From Lama glama (taxonomy: Eukaryota), in contig CM052817.1 of NCBI GenBank assembly GCA_028534125.1, positions 93,436,001-93,500,000 of the forward strand: DNA of 64,000 nucleotides, in the 5' to 3' direction. Position numbers and translations under genes: made by a program. Shown here piece by piece: positions 52,239-64,000 of this stretch; within the stretch, counting starts at the first letter, position 1, and every line of letters starts with the position of its first letter. The notes under the pieces are model-generated. The model was not told the origin of the DNA, ran no database searches, and worked only from the letters and a program-made list of their open reading frames with translations.

Positions 52239-54206
52239 TGACTCATTTGTAAATTAAACTAATTTCCTTGATGTCAAATGCTAGATTCAGATTGTTGGGA
52301 AATAGGCCCTGAAATAAAATTCGTTACTTTTCTTCCCCCATAACAGAACAACATAAAAAGATGCCACCATATTTTATATGTATCTGTGTGTGTTAAATAA
52401 AAACATGTTGGCCTTTGGGGAAAAAAACGTCTAAGAAGATGAAATTCACTTCTATAGTTGGAACATTATACTAAAATAAACTAACCACTCAGTACTGGTT
52501 CTCAATTTAAGTATCATTGAAGAATCTATATATATATATATAAAAAAGGAATCTCTGCCTGCAACAATGGTGCTCTTGGGAAATGCTCTCTGATTGTCTG
52601 TGCTGCAGAGCAGGGGACATGCCAGCTATACAGAAAACAGCATATCTGCATATGAAAAGAGCAAATTTGGTTGAAATCACTGTTGTCAACACCAGAAGTC
52701 TCTCCTCCTCTAGCTTCTCCCCTGCCTCCTCAGGTTCCCTCCTGTCAATCCTCAGAAAATTCTATTTTGTCTGGTTTTCGTGAATATTACCTAGGTGGCT
52801 GTGACTCCATCCTTGAGCAACTGAAGTAAAAACAAGTCTGTGCTTGTCTCTCTTCCGGTTTTAATATTCCATGCTCTATGATGTAAACCCCAAACCGGCG
52901 TGGCATCGTCGCCTAAAACCGCATAGAGTCTCGGCTCTTTGTGAGCACGCTCACAAAATCCACACTCCACTTCGGAAACGAGTTCTTGCAGCTTTCGGCT
53001 GCTCTTTTCAGCAAGAACATATGTGCTGCTTAAGCAAGGATGAAAATGTTATTCCAAGAATGGAAGCAGGCCTCTCCAAATACTAAAAGAAATGTCCGTG
53101 AGTCAGTTAATGGAAATCTGTAGTGTTAGAACTAGGGTCACAGAAGAGGAAGAAACACAGGGAACAACCTTAAATCTTTTATCCATCCAGGGACCAAAAC
53201 GACAACATTTTTCCAGAACTGCCATTTTGACATGGGAGCCAAGAGGATTCCTGTTCAGGACAAGCGTAAAACCCATCCATAGAGCCACATGATTAGTGGG
53301 TAGGGGGTGCTTCCTTGATTTACCTCTGAACCAAAAAATGAGGCCAGTTTGGCTGGTGGAAATAGTTATAGGACGAAGTGGCAGAAAAGTCGGAGCCTGA
53401 GTCACCAAAGGCGGGTGGCCAAGAAAGGAGCACTCAAAGTTGTTGAACTCTTGAGGGCACAGAATGATGTCTAGGAGGTGTTTGGAAGACTGAGAAAGAA
53501 TAAACGAAACAGGGACCTGGGATGTGGCCTTCAGCAGTTGTCAGCCTCCTGAGGGAATCTGAGGTCCATTTGTTTGGACAGGAAGTAGCAAGCAATCTGG
53601 AAAGCAGCTGTTGAACATGAATGAGTTCACACACAAAACATTGACTCACAGTACGGGTTTCACCAAATCCTGCATGAGGCCATTTTTAGACATGCTTTAT
53701 TGAACCAAAATGTTTTAGAAAACTGCATTGTATCATACTGAGCCGAAGGGCTTAAATTTTATAAGGTATTTAAATTAAGGTAATCTTTAAACTTTCAGTA
53801 ATATTTTCCCCATAAATGTTTTCAGCTTAGCAGTTATATGTGGATTTTTTTTCCATTTCATAAAAAAATTTATGAAATTTTATGAAATTCCTGACCCTCT
53901 AGTGCCAAATATTTCACAAGTAGATTAAAAGTATTAAATCAAAGCTATACATGGATAGATTAGGAAATAAGGGGGGAAAGGGAAGCATGAGAGGAACAGA
54001 TGGTTCTTGAGGGATAATTCACCTCTCATTTTATTGTCTCTACCTGGAACATCCTTTGTGGGGCGCAAGTTATCAGTCCCTATTTTTTTTGAGTCTCTTG
54101 AGTCAACCATATGTGTAATTTCTTTGAGGGAAGAAAATTCTCAATATTCATGTTGAATATGGGGCCTTCAGGGTATCAATTCTCCCATCATAAGATGATT
54201 GACTCA
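52239..54206. promoter_or_regulatory. AP-1 site cluster, candidate intronic enhancer
   Basis: Perfect TGA(G/C)TCA at 52239, 53099, 53398, 53642, 54099 and 54200; CpG-retaining patch at ~52895-53000. Confidence 0.4.
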
Positions 54207-54646
54207 CAGGAAGTAAGACTAGGTTGGTACAGATAATAAAGCTAGAAATGACTAGTGAGCCGGGAGACATGACACAAGAGGAGGAAGACGAGTGGGTCTG
54301 TCGGTGAGACATCAAATGTGGACTAGCTTGAGGCAGAAAGAGTCTTATTATACAGAGCAAAATCCACAAGTTCAACAGTATATGGCAAGAACGTAGACCA
54401 GACAGCTTGAAAGTGGGAGAGAGCAGTTCTAAGAGAATCAGAGTTTGAAGGAAATAAAGAGCATGCATCTCAGAACATTTGGGGTCTCCAAGGAGCACTC
54501 CCAGCTCAGCAGAGCACCTGTGAGCTGAATGTAGCATGCATCAGAGCCCCAGCTAGACAGGAAGTCTCAGAACAAAGGAGTAATGGTTTACACTACCCAA
54601 ACTAAATTAAAAGAGAACCACCCTCTCAGCAAGTCCCAGACACGTG

Positions 54647-54698
54647 GTAGACTAGGTGAAAATATGAGACGTGTAGACTAGGTGAAAATATGAGACGT
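54647..54698. repeat. Perfect 26-bp tandem duplication
   Basis: gtagactaggtgaaaatatgagacgt x2. Confidence 0.95.
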
Positions 54699-55749
54699 CT
54701 GTTTGAAGTTCTCCTTGGCACTTCTTTCTTGCTCTGTGTAGTCAAAAGCCAAAGGTTCAAGGTCATAGATTCCAGTCCTGACTGGGTGACTCTGGGTATG
54801 TTATGGAATCCCAGTATCCTCGTCTAGAAAGGGGCATGATAATTACAGTTATTCTCACAGAGTGCTTGTGAAGGACTAAATAGGTGGGGGGAAAAATGAT
54901 GTATTAATTTCCTAATGATATATTGATAATGGACTTCTCACTTTCATGTATGATAGCTCAAACACTCTGTGAAATAGGAATTATTACCCACAACTGATAG
55001 GTAAGGAATCAAGAGTTTCCTAGAGGTTAAGGGGTTCACCCAAAATAATCACTAAAAAATACCCTTAAACCACCATTTATGCACCTAGCACCATTCTTAG
55101 TACTTTAAGTACACTGCCTCATTTAATCTACAAAACAACCCCATAAAGATGAATTGTTCAGAACGGCACAGGGAGACGGTGACAGAATCTGAATTCAAAT
55201 GCTCTCAGAATAGCAACCCCGTCCATGTCTCTTCAACACTGCCTTCTCTCAGGATTACACGTTGTAGCTGAAATCTTGGTTCAAATCTCTGGATGCCAAT
55301 CCATTTCTACTATATGTTGTCTCCTATCCTTGTTATTTGTGCATGTACGTTCTTACAACATATAGGAAGACTATGTGCTTCCTAATGGTATCATAATACA
55401 GAAATCTTGAAGTTACCTTGTGAAGAATTTGGGGCATGAAATTCTGCACAAGTAAGCAACCGTCAGCTATCCAGTCCAGTGACAGAAACCACTTGCCCAG
55501 CTCAGCCTATGACTAATTCCTCCTGTCAGTTCACTCCAGATGAGCCCCAAGGGCAGTCAGGCTTTATCCTTTCTAATAAAATTTGCTAACAACAAAATAT
55601 CAACGGTTAAATAATTGTCCTCATTGAGAATACAAAAATGAATTGCTCTTTACAAACAACTGTGCTAGCAAAAGCTACAAAACCTTTCAAAGGCATTTCT
55701 AAATATATAAATTTATTTTATGAAGAAATATGAGTAAAAGAGCAGTGGC

Positions 55750-56430
55750 ATTCACCCATGCGTTCAGTTCATGGATATTTATTCAATGTCTAAATGTGCC
55801 CACCATGATTCTAGGTGACAGTTTCATAGCAGTGAACAGGAAAGCAAGTTCCCTACTTTATGGAGCTTATAGTCTAGTAAGACATAAAATCAAAAAAAAA
55901 TTAGTGAGAATTTTAAACAGAGTGATTAAATTGGGAGTGCTGGGGGGAGCATGGATCAAGGAAAGCTTCTCTGATCAGGTGACAGCTGAGTGTGACCGAA
56001 AACTAGCAAGGAGCCAGCTGGGGGGTGGGGGTGGGGAGCCAGAGAACAAGACCGAGGAGGTGGAGAGGGAGGCCGCAGAGTGACTGAAGATCAACATGGG
56101 TGAGGCGAGAAGGGTCTGCTCTTTAAGCTCCTTGCGGAGTGTCATGAGGACCCCCTTAACTGGCCCAGGTGGGAGCCGAGACCACCTTAGAACTGAACTA
56201 CATCGGTGGCAATGGATGGAGGTGGTCAAATTCAGAACATTGAACACAGAAATTATAGGACTTGATGATGGATTTGACATGAGGTTGGGGAAAAAGAAGA
56301 ATCAAGAAAGAGCTATAGTTTGAGGATTTGTATAACTGAATGGATGGTGATATACTTTAGGGGGAGGGATATCTTTGGGGGAATAAAATGTTTACGGGGA
56401 CAAGAAATGGGAATCAAGAAATCAGGTTTT
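55750..56430 (-). mobile_element. L2 fragment
   Basis: atatttattcaatgtctaaatgtgcc...gcagtgaacagg...tggagcttatagtctagt...aggaaagcttctctga...ggacttgatgatggattt. Confidence 0.75.
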
Positions 56431-56691
56431 CATTTGATCCAGCAAGCCCACTCCTGAGCATATACCCGGAGAAATCTCTAATCTGAAAAGATACATCCAC
56501 CCCAATGTTCACAGCAGCACTGTATACAACAGCTAAGACATGGAAGCAACCGAAGTGTCCATCAACAGATGACTGGATAAAGAAGCTGAGGTATATTTAC
56601 ACAATGGAATACCATTCTGCCATAAAAATAAAATAATGCCATTTGCAGCAACATGGATGGATCTGGAGATTATGATATTAAGTTAAGTAAG
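56431..56691 (+). mobile_element. Tailless L1 ORF2 C-terminal fragment inserted in L2
   Basis: tgatccagcaagcccactcctg...ccccaatgttcacagcagcac...tttgcagcaacatggatggatctggag; no 3' UTR or poly(A); flanked by tcaggtttt on both sides. Confidence 0.88.
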
Positions 56692-59509
56692 TCAGGTTTT
56701 AACTGTCTTGAATTTAAAATACCACCTAGAAAGTCAAATATTTTGAGCAAATGACACCGTGGCATTCAGAGAGAAAGGATCAATATTGCAGAGTAAAGGA
56801 GCGCTCCAAGGACCTGGTCGTAAGATCTGATTGTAGATCTCTCGGATATAGAATTAAAGATATAAGGAGAAGTATAAAACGATATAGGATTCTGGCTAAA
56901 AACCTTGGTCTTAAAGGTGTACTCTCTTGTCATGGATCTACCTTGATTTACTTTGAGATGTTTTTTCCCCTTAATGACAAAATGACCTTTGGTGTCTGAA
57001 ATAGCCAAAAGTGCATTTTTCTTCTTTCATGCACAGAAGTCTCACAATCCACAGTGACTGAAAAACTGGGCTCTAGAGGCAATCTGCCAAGATTCAAAAC
57101 TTAACTCCTCAGCCTCTCCATAATTCAGTTCCCAAAATGTAGACAATAACATTGCCTGATTAGTTATTGTGAGAATTATATGAGATAAAGTTGATAAAAT
57201 ACTTATTTCAGACGCTAGCACATATCCAGTAAATGTTTGCTATCCTTAAAAAAAAATGACCCCCTAGGTGAGCAAGTGGAGATGTTTACTGGCCAGTTGT
57301 AAAAGGGAGCAGAGAGTTTCACTGAAAAGAGAAGGTGAGCGTTACAAATTTGGAGACAAAGATCCACAAATGTTATTTAAAGCATGGACTTTGAAACTGC
57401 TTAGAGCAAGAGGGTGTTTAAGTTTTGTGAGTATTGGGATAAAACAGATATTCTGAATTTGAACAAGTTTTGAGTGGGAAAACCTTTTCTGCTCAGACTG
57501 ACTTCTGCCACCCTAACCCTATAGATGACAGACAAGACCTATCTCTTTGTCACTGGTAAAGCAGGGGTAATGTTGGAGTAAGGGGCAGAGCACTTGAAAA
57601 GCTTTGGACTTTCTCCTACCAGACAGACAAGCTCAGACAAGTCACTCAACCCCTCTGAGAGTCAGCTTCCGCTGTGTAAAATGGGGAGAGCACCACCATT
57701 GCCAACTGCAAAAGGTCAAAGCTCAAGTAAGCAGCATCTGGGAAAAGACTGCTCCGTACAGTGGACATGTGACAGACTTTTCCTTAATCCTGTGTTCCAC
57801 TCTACAAGGCCCCTCCCCCTGGCCTGGTTCCCAGGTGGCCTCGGATACATTTGGATGCCATCTGCTCGACAAGAAGCTAGAGTGACAAATTTCAGCCACA
57901 CAGACAGAAGCATCAGGGGACCTCGCTCCCTCATAACCTCAGCGACTTCCTAATGAGCAAAGCCGCTAGGTAGTCCTGACTCCTCAATTATCCGTAGTAG
58001 GAACAGGCGCGGCAGAGGCAGACCTGTCCCAGTGACCAGCGCGCTCAGTAAGGAGACGACGGAGGGAAGCTAGTAATTAGGTGGATACACACAAAGAGAA
58101 AAAAACTGGGTGGGGCATGTTGATCACGAATGAAAGACACAGATTAAAAAAAAAAAGGTAGAAAGTGAACATTAAAAAAAATAGCAAACTTCTAATTTAT
58201 TAATTTGCTAAACAAAAATTTTAATAACAAATAATTTGTAAATATGTGGAATAATCTGCTTAGGTCCATGAGGTTAAACCTGGTCAAAGACCTCCCTTAA
58301 CTAAATGTCCTAAACGTGAACAGAAGGATAGATGTAATTTATTTCAACAAAATTCAGTTAGATGGTCCACTTGCGGCAAAAAGGAAGTGAGAAGAGATGT
58401 TCGTCTCTTATATACTATTCACGTATTAACCGATGTCACATATCTCAACCTCCTGAAGAACGTCAAGCCAGAATTTAGACCAGCATCAGTGAGAACAGGC
58501 TACGTTCAGCTGCAGCACACGTTAAATCCCGAATATCCAGAAACCACTGCCCACCTGACAGACCTGCTAAGAAGCTCTAATTGGTTCATTTTCTTTTCCT
58601 TCAATTAATTCTCTAATTAGATCAGCAGTACAAAAACATGACATAGGTCTTATATAACTGTTTTATGGTTTTCCCTTTCCCGATCTTGTCCATTTAATAA
58701 TCAGCCCCAAGGAACATGGTCTTTGGAGTTAAAAAATCTGTATTCCTCCACTTCCTAGCCTTATGCCCTTGGGCAAGTGGCTGAATTCATCTGTGAAACA
58801 GGAATAGAGAAGCACCTAGAAGATCTGTTTTAAGATCAGAGATAAAATGTGAAAAGACACAGTGGAAAGATCCTTGTGTATGCAAACTCTGCAAAGGTAG
58901 GCAATTGCTAGGGGCGTAGCATGGCTACCAAGTCTGCTGTGTGCAGCTCAGCATGGCCCGAGCCTCCCCTGAGCTTCATCTAGCACAGCCCCAAAGCCAG
59001 GAAGATTCAATTCTTCCTGATGCCTAAATACAATTCGCAAGTGACAAAACAATGTTTAAAGACTTGCATTCACCTAGAATTTTAAAACAGGTTTCTAATA
59101 AATGTGCAACAATTGTAAAATAATGCAAGAGGATTTCTAGAGCCTTAATTTACTTTTAGAGTGGGATTATAAGTAATAAAGAGGAAAACGTAAATGAGCA
59201 GTAAACTCATCACCTCGGGAAATGAGCTGTAGGATTTTGTTTCATATAGTTGGCTGCTCTCTTTGCCTAAATTGTCTCTTGTGTTCCTTCTAAACCAGCT
59301 GAAATCCTGCTCATCCTTCCAGGCTTGGTGCAAATGCTACCTCCTGTGAGATGTTGTTTCTGATCCCACGGTTGTATTTAATCACTGCTTGCTCAGTACT
59401 GCCATAGTTCTTGGCTTATGCCTTTGTTTTGCCCTTATCACCATCTGCCTGGCCTTATAGTTGTTTGTCTCCACCACCTCCTGGAAATTCTTGAGAAGCA
59501 GGAATCTAG

Positions 59510-59890
59510 AAGGATGGGGTGTAGCCTGATGCTTAAAAGCAGGAGCTTCAGAATCAGACTTGGATCTGACTCAACTTGGATCCTGACTCTGTCACTCAAC
59601 TTCCATAAGATCTTTGGAAAAGTTGATCATTGGGAATCTTAGATTTTTCATCTCTCTTTTGCAAATAATATGAGAGAACATGTTCTGGGCTCAGGCTCCT
59701 GGATTCAAATCTTGGGCTCATTACTTGACCTGTTTATGTCTAAGTTTCCTTTCCTATAAAACAAGGAAGATAATAGAGTAATTATTCCATAATGAAATTG
59801 TGCACATTAATTAATTTATGTAAATTATCTAGAACAAGGTACGTGGAACAAATAAGCCCTCCATAAACGTTAATTATTTTTAATGTTATT
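59510..59890 (+). mobile_element. Two MIR fragments in tandem
   Basis: gcttaaaagcaggagcttcagaatcagac... and ctggattcaaatcttgg...agtttcctttcctataaaac...gataatag. Confidence 0.6.
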
Positions 59891-62800
59891 ATCCTGTCGA
59901 ACTGTGGTGAGGAAAACATAGCATCCTGTTTGTGAAGAGGTAAGCACATGGTAGATGTTCAAAAAATGTGAGCGATGACCGTGATCTCCTGGTGCTTTGC
60001 ACAATGCCTCATCTTTAGAAGGTGCCCCCCCCCCAATTATTGTTCAGTGGAATGCAATGTTTTGTAAGGGAAGTATTACACTGTAAAAGCAAGGGAAATG
60101 GTAACCAACTTATAATCAGGCAGCACAGGAGAGCAAGCACAGGCCTTGTCTAATTCTGAGCAGTTGCTTCTCTTGTTGCTTGAAAATCATCTTGCTGCTT
60201 ATGTGAAGAAGTCATATCTTCATCAGTAGGTTAAAAACAAAAATATACCTCTGTGTTTAGCACTCCCTTCAGCTTGCCTAGCATGCCACATAGAGGGTAA
60301 AAATATCAAAGAAGATATACTAAAATCTTCCATTCCCCCACTGGAACTTTCAAAACAGTCAGGGCTTTATGATCATCCATAGAACACAGGTCAGCAGGAG
60401 AGTAGACGTGTGAACACAGGAGAACACTGGCACGTTTGGCCTCCTGATTTATAGCAATTCACAAAGTGTGAATGGATCCGACGAGCAGGTTAATGAAGGC
60501 CTCTGCGAGCCATAGTAGTAGTGTCTTTACAGAAATCAAACTGTTTTTGTCAATTGGGGCATTTATATACAATTTCAAATTCTGAACACAGAAAACTGAT
60601 CACACAATTTACATGACTTTTTTTTTTCTAACTGGGCTATTAGAAATATAGTGGCTATATTTATAAAATCCAAAATCAGTACAGATAATCAAATACATGA
60701 TCCAATAGAACAACCAAGCATTGACAGTCAGCACTCTCCTGGACCAAACCCTAACAACCAGAGAAGATAAAGATTCTCTCCTTATTGAAAGCCACTCTAA
60801 TACTTGAAGCAACCCACTTACGGGCATCTTGTCATTGAACTATGACATAACGCCGTGCTAAAACTGAATTGTAATCACTGAATTCTAGGCTGGTGCACAT
60901 CATTTACCTGGTACAGGTAGAGTGGGTTCATAAACTTTTTTTTTTAATTCTCCATCTCTGTAGAGAGAACAGAGTTTCTACAAGGGTGTAATTTGATTTA
61001 TTTAGTCACAGTATGCATGGCAGAATTGACATGGCTTGCAGAGTGGAATGTGAAGTAATTTGCCAGAAAGCACTTAGAATCACTGATTTTTCAGCACATA
61101 CCACAATTCCAAAAAACCCGGAAGTAGATGAATCAAGAATTCTATTTAATGGCTGGCTTTGTATACATAACTTGGTGGAGTAATAAATAAGTCCTTATTG
61201 TATGACTTTATGTGTGTGTTTTCTGCATTTGGAGTCTCTATTTTCCAAGTACCCAGTATCTGCTGATGCTCCTCTCCTGGTCTAGAAGGTGATTCCTCCT
61301 CCCCGCACCTGTTCTAATGCTACTTTTTTTCTTCAAAATCTGACTTTATTTAGTCTTCCCTGGAAAGCCTTTCTTGACTACTCATTCTCACGCTAATTTG
61401 ATCCTTTACACCATCTCGTATATTCTTAGAGATCCTGAAAAATAGCTTAGCTTTTAAGGATCTTTTGAGTGACTTCAGGAGTCTCTTAGTTTGATCTCTC
61501 TAATTATACTATAAGCTAATTAAAGGCAAAGAGCAGAAGTTCACTCCTGTAAATATGCCTCCTTTCTTATTCAGTTTATTTAGGTATTTATTTAAACAAA
61601 TAAACACTTTATTGTGATATTGACATGGGCACACTGCAGAGATTTTAGAAGATATAGGAAAGTGTAACAAAAGAAATACAAATTGTACCAAGTAGTGAGA
61701 ATCACAATCAAAGACACGGATACCTATGCTTCCAATCTTGTTATTTCGCACAAACAGTTAAATAAGGGGTATGTCATACACAGAGTTTGTTATCCTGCTT
61801 TGACAACTCTCATAGCCCCTTGTTTGATGAAATATACTTTTGACATGATTTTTAACACCTGCATAGTTTTCCATCTTAAGAATATATGTTTCACTATAAA
61901 AATTAAACAGTACATGCCAATTGACTCTGAGTTGGAGATGAAATACAGTGGCTTGAACTTCTCTTTATCCACCCTGAGTTTGAGGCATTAGAAGAAAAGT
62001 CAAGAAATGAGATGGGGAAACAGAAATCAAGAGGGTTAACTATCTGAAAACATACAGTGGCCACAATGCAGAAGTAACTATGATGTATTTCTGCACTGTC
62101 TTTTATTGATTTTTATCTGATAAAGCTTTCACTATATGACTAAGGAAATTATAGCAGTTAATATAGATTTATTGACTTTAGATAAACCTGAAAAATAAAG
62201 CAAAGGTCTGGTAAACAATTTGAACCTCAGATTAATTAGTCTTATTTTATGTACTAATAACATCTGCAGAGGAGGAATTGCTGCATTTTTCAATTCAAGA
62301 GGAAAAGGTCTCCTGAAAAAAAATCATTCCATAAGTTTATATACTGATGCTTAGAAGATAATACAGCTTCACGAAAGGCAAAGGATCTAACAAGAAGTTG
62401 GCTTTGAATCTCATCTCTCTCTGTCCTTTACTCACTAGAGTCTCAGCAACACGCAAGCAGCAGGGCTGACGCTACTGCGCGAGGTTAGGTATGGGTGACG
62501 GGGAGGGAGACCAGTGGGGCCCTGGGGCTGCGATCTCACTGGCTCAGCCCCTCTTCTACCCTACTATTGTCCTCCTTTGACCTTGGCATTCCGGTAGTCC
62601 AGCAGAAGGCCCTTCACTATTCGCCATTTACCTTTTTACTATGAGACCAGATCAACTCATAACTTAGTCTCATGTCTGATCAAACCAGCAACCTGACTGA
62701 CAACCCCCAAATCCCAGTATTTCCATTCTTACGACCCTAATACCGGCTGTGTAAGTATCTACTCCAGCCACCTGCATAAGTCCCTCTGGACACAAAGAGG

Positions 62801-63046
62801 CCTTCCTTGCCCTTCTATATCCAAAACAGTCCCTCCGTTCCCCAAATCTACTACCTCTACCCCAGGCACGTTCTATATAGTTGCCCTGTTTCTGTCTACA
62901 TAGAACTTAACACTATCTAAAGTTATTTTATTTATAAGTTTTCTATGCTCTCAACACAATTGAGATGAATGAATGACTTGTACTTGTTAGACTTCACTCC
63001 AGCCTCTATGTTCCCACATTCCTATCATAACTGACATGAGGCTGCT

Positions 63047-63091
63047 GACACATAAGAAATGTGCTTCGACACATAAGAAATGTACTTCGAC
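63047..63091. repeat. 21-bp tandem duplication (1 mismatch)
   Basis: gacacataagaaatgt(g/a)cttc x2, followed by gac. Confidence 0.93.
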
Positions 63092-64000
63092 CCTGTATCT
63101 GGTCTCTTGGCTTCCATTAGGTATCAGTCATCAAGGTGTAAGTTATTTCAAGAATATGACTTCATAGTGTCAAATAAAAACCACGAGGACCACATGCACA
63201 TACACATGCCATTCTCTCCTATGTACTTAACATGCACTGGTGACTATTGCTTTGGATGCATATGTGGTGTCCATTATAAACATATGAAAACACATTCTTC
63301 TAAATGTTCTATTGACTCCAGAGATAGAAAGTGGAGGCACACGGCAGTAAACATTATAAAAATAATTGGGGGGGATAAACTTAAGAAATGGTTCATAGGA
63401 ATTTCTTTCCTGTCATATCTTTGCCCAAGTATTCATCTCTATAAATTTTCCACAATGCTTTCAAGAAAGAGCTGTAACCAGATTGTAAAAAGTGCTCTCT
63501 CTTCTTAAAGGCCAGCTTTGTTGAAATGAAAACAATTTCATTAAACTGTAAGCAAAAATCTGTGTTCTCTTGGGTTTTTAATTATTTTTCTCTTTGTGAA
63601 GATAAAAAGGGTATCAGTACACTCAAGTAAAACAATGAAAGACACGTGGAATCACAGTTGCAGGTGTAAAGGTGAATGACATAATTCAAATGCGGTCAGC
63701 CGCTGGAAAGACAGTCGACAATGGGCAAGCAATACTCATTTTTTTCAGTACATGCTTATCTTGTGCTATCAAGAAATTTTTAGCCAATTAGCTTGCTCAA
63801 TTGACTAAGCGCTCCTACCTCATTTACTTGAATAAAGATGTAGCAGAGGAACTTCAACAAGATAGAGTGATTTTACAGCAGCATACAGACAAAGCAGAAG
63901 CAAACCCCTGATAGAAAAAAAACTTGTACAAAGCAATAGGACACCTACAAAATGAGTGTAACTGTCTTCCCAATTTAAAAAGAAGGGCCACTGAAACTCG

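Larger units (their letters stand above)
43791..64000 (-). other. INPP4B: Part of the INPP4B intron upstream of the 119-nt exon
   Basis: Ends in a polypyrimidine tract and cag acceptor. The preceding short exon (SIQKTPNEPQLEFIL in human) was not recognised in the window. Confidence 0.65.

Noticed and set aside
59674..59687. AGAACATGTTCT palindrome as a steroid-receptor or p53 element
   Set aside because: Lacks the 3-bp spacer of an ARE/GRE, is only a single p53 half-site, and lies among MIR relics.
61225..61240. catttggagtct as part of the upstream 45-nt INPP4B exon
   Set aside because: Flanking codons and splice sites do not fit; chance match.
1..64000. CRISPR arrays, operons or prokaryotic defence systems
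   Set aside because: The sequence is spliced mammalian DNA with no regularly spaced repeat-spacer array or dense ORFs.

Overview
Mammalian genomic DNA, most likely camelid, judged from a tRNA-derived vic-1-like SINE and cetartiodactyl-type L1 3' ends. The window appears to lie entirely inside INPP4B (inositol polyphosphate 4-phosphatase type II), transcribed on the minus strand. I recognised only two coding exons, 43672-43790 and 41519-41635, both in the N-terminal C2 region. The rest is intron filled with L1, L2, MIR, ERVL/MaLR LTR and MER5 relics and microsatellites, plus two 500-N scaffold gaps. I found no evidence of a novel multi-gene system. The best leads are: a candidate internal promoter/enhancer just 5' of the 119-nt exon (four ETS cores, E-box, GC boxes, CTCF motif); a cluster of six AP-1 sites in 2 kb; two twin-primed, 5'-inverted L1 insertions with TSDs; a tailless, apparently internally primed L1 fragment; an L1 5' end cut off by a gap; and a 98-codon in-frame read-through after the 117-nt exon followed by ATTAAA. 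Repeat family names and human-protein comparisons come from recall, not from a database search.
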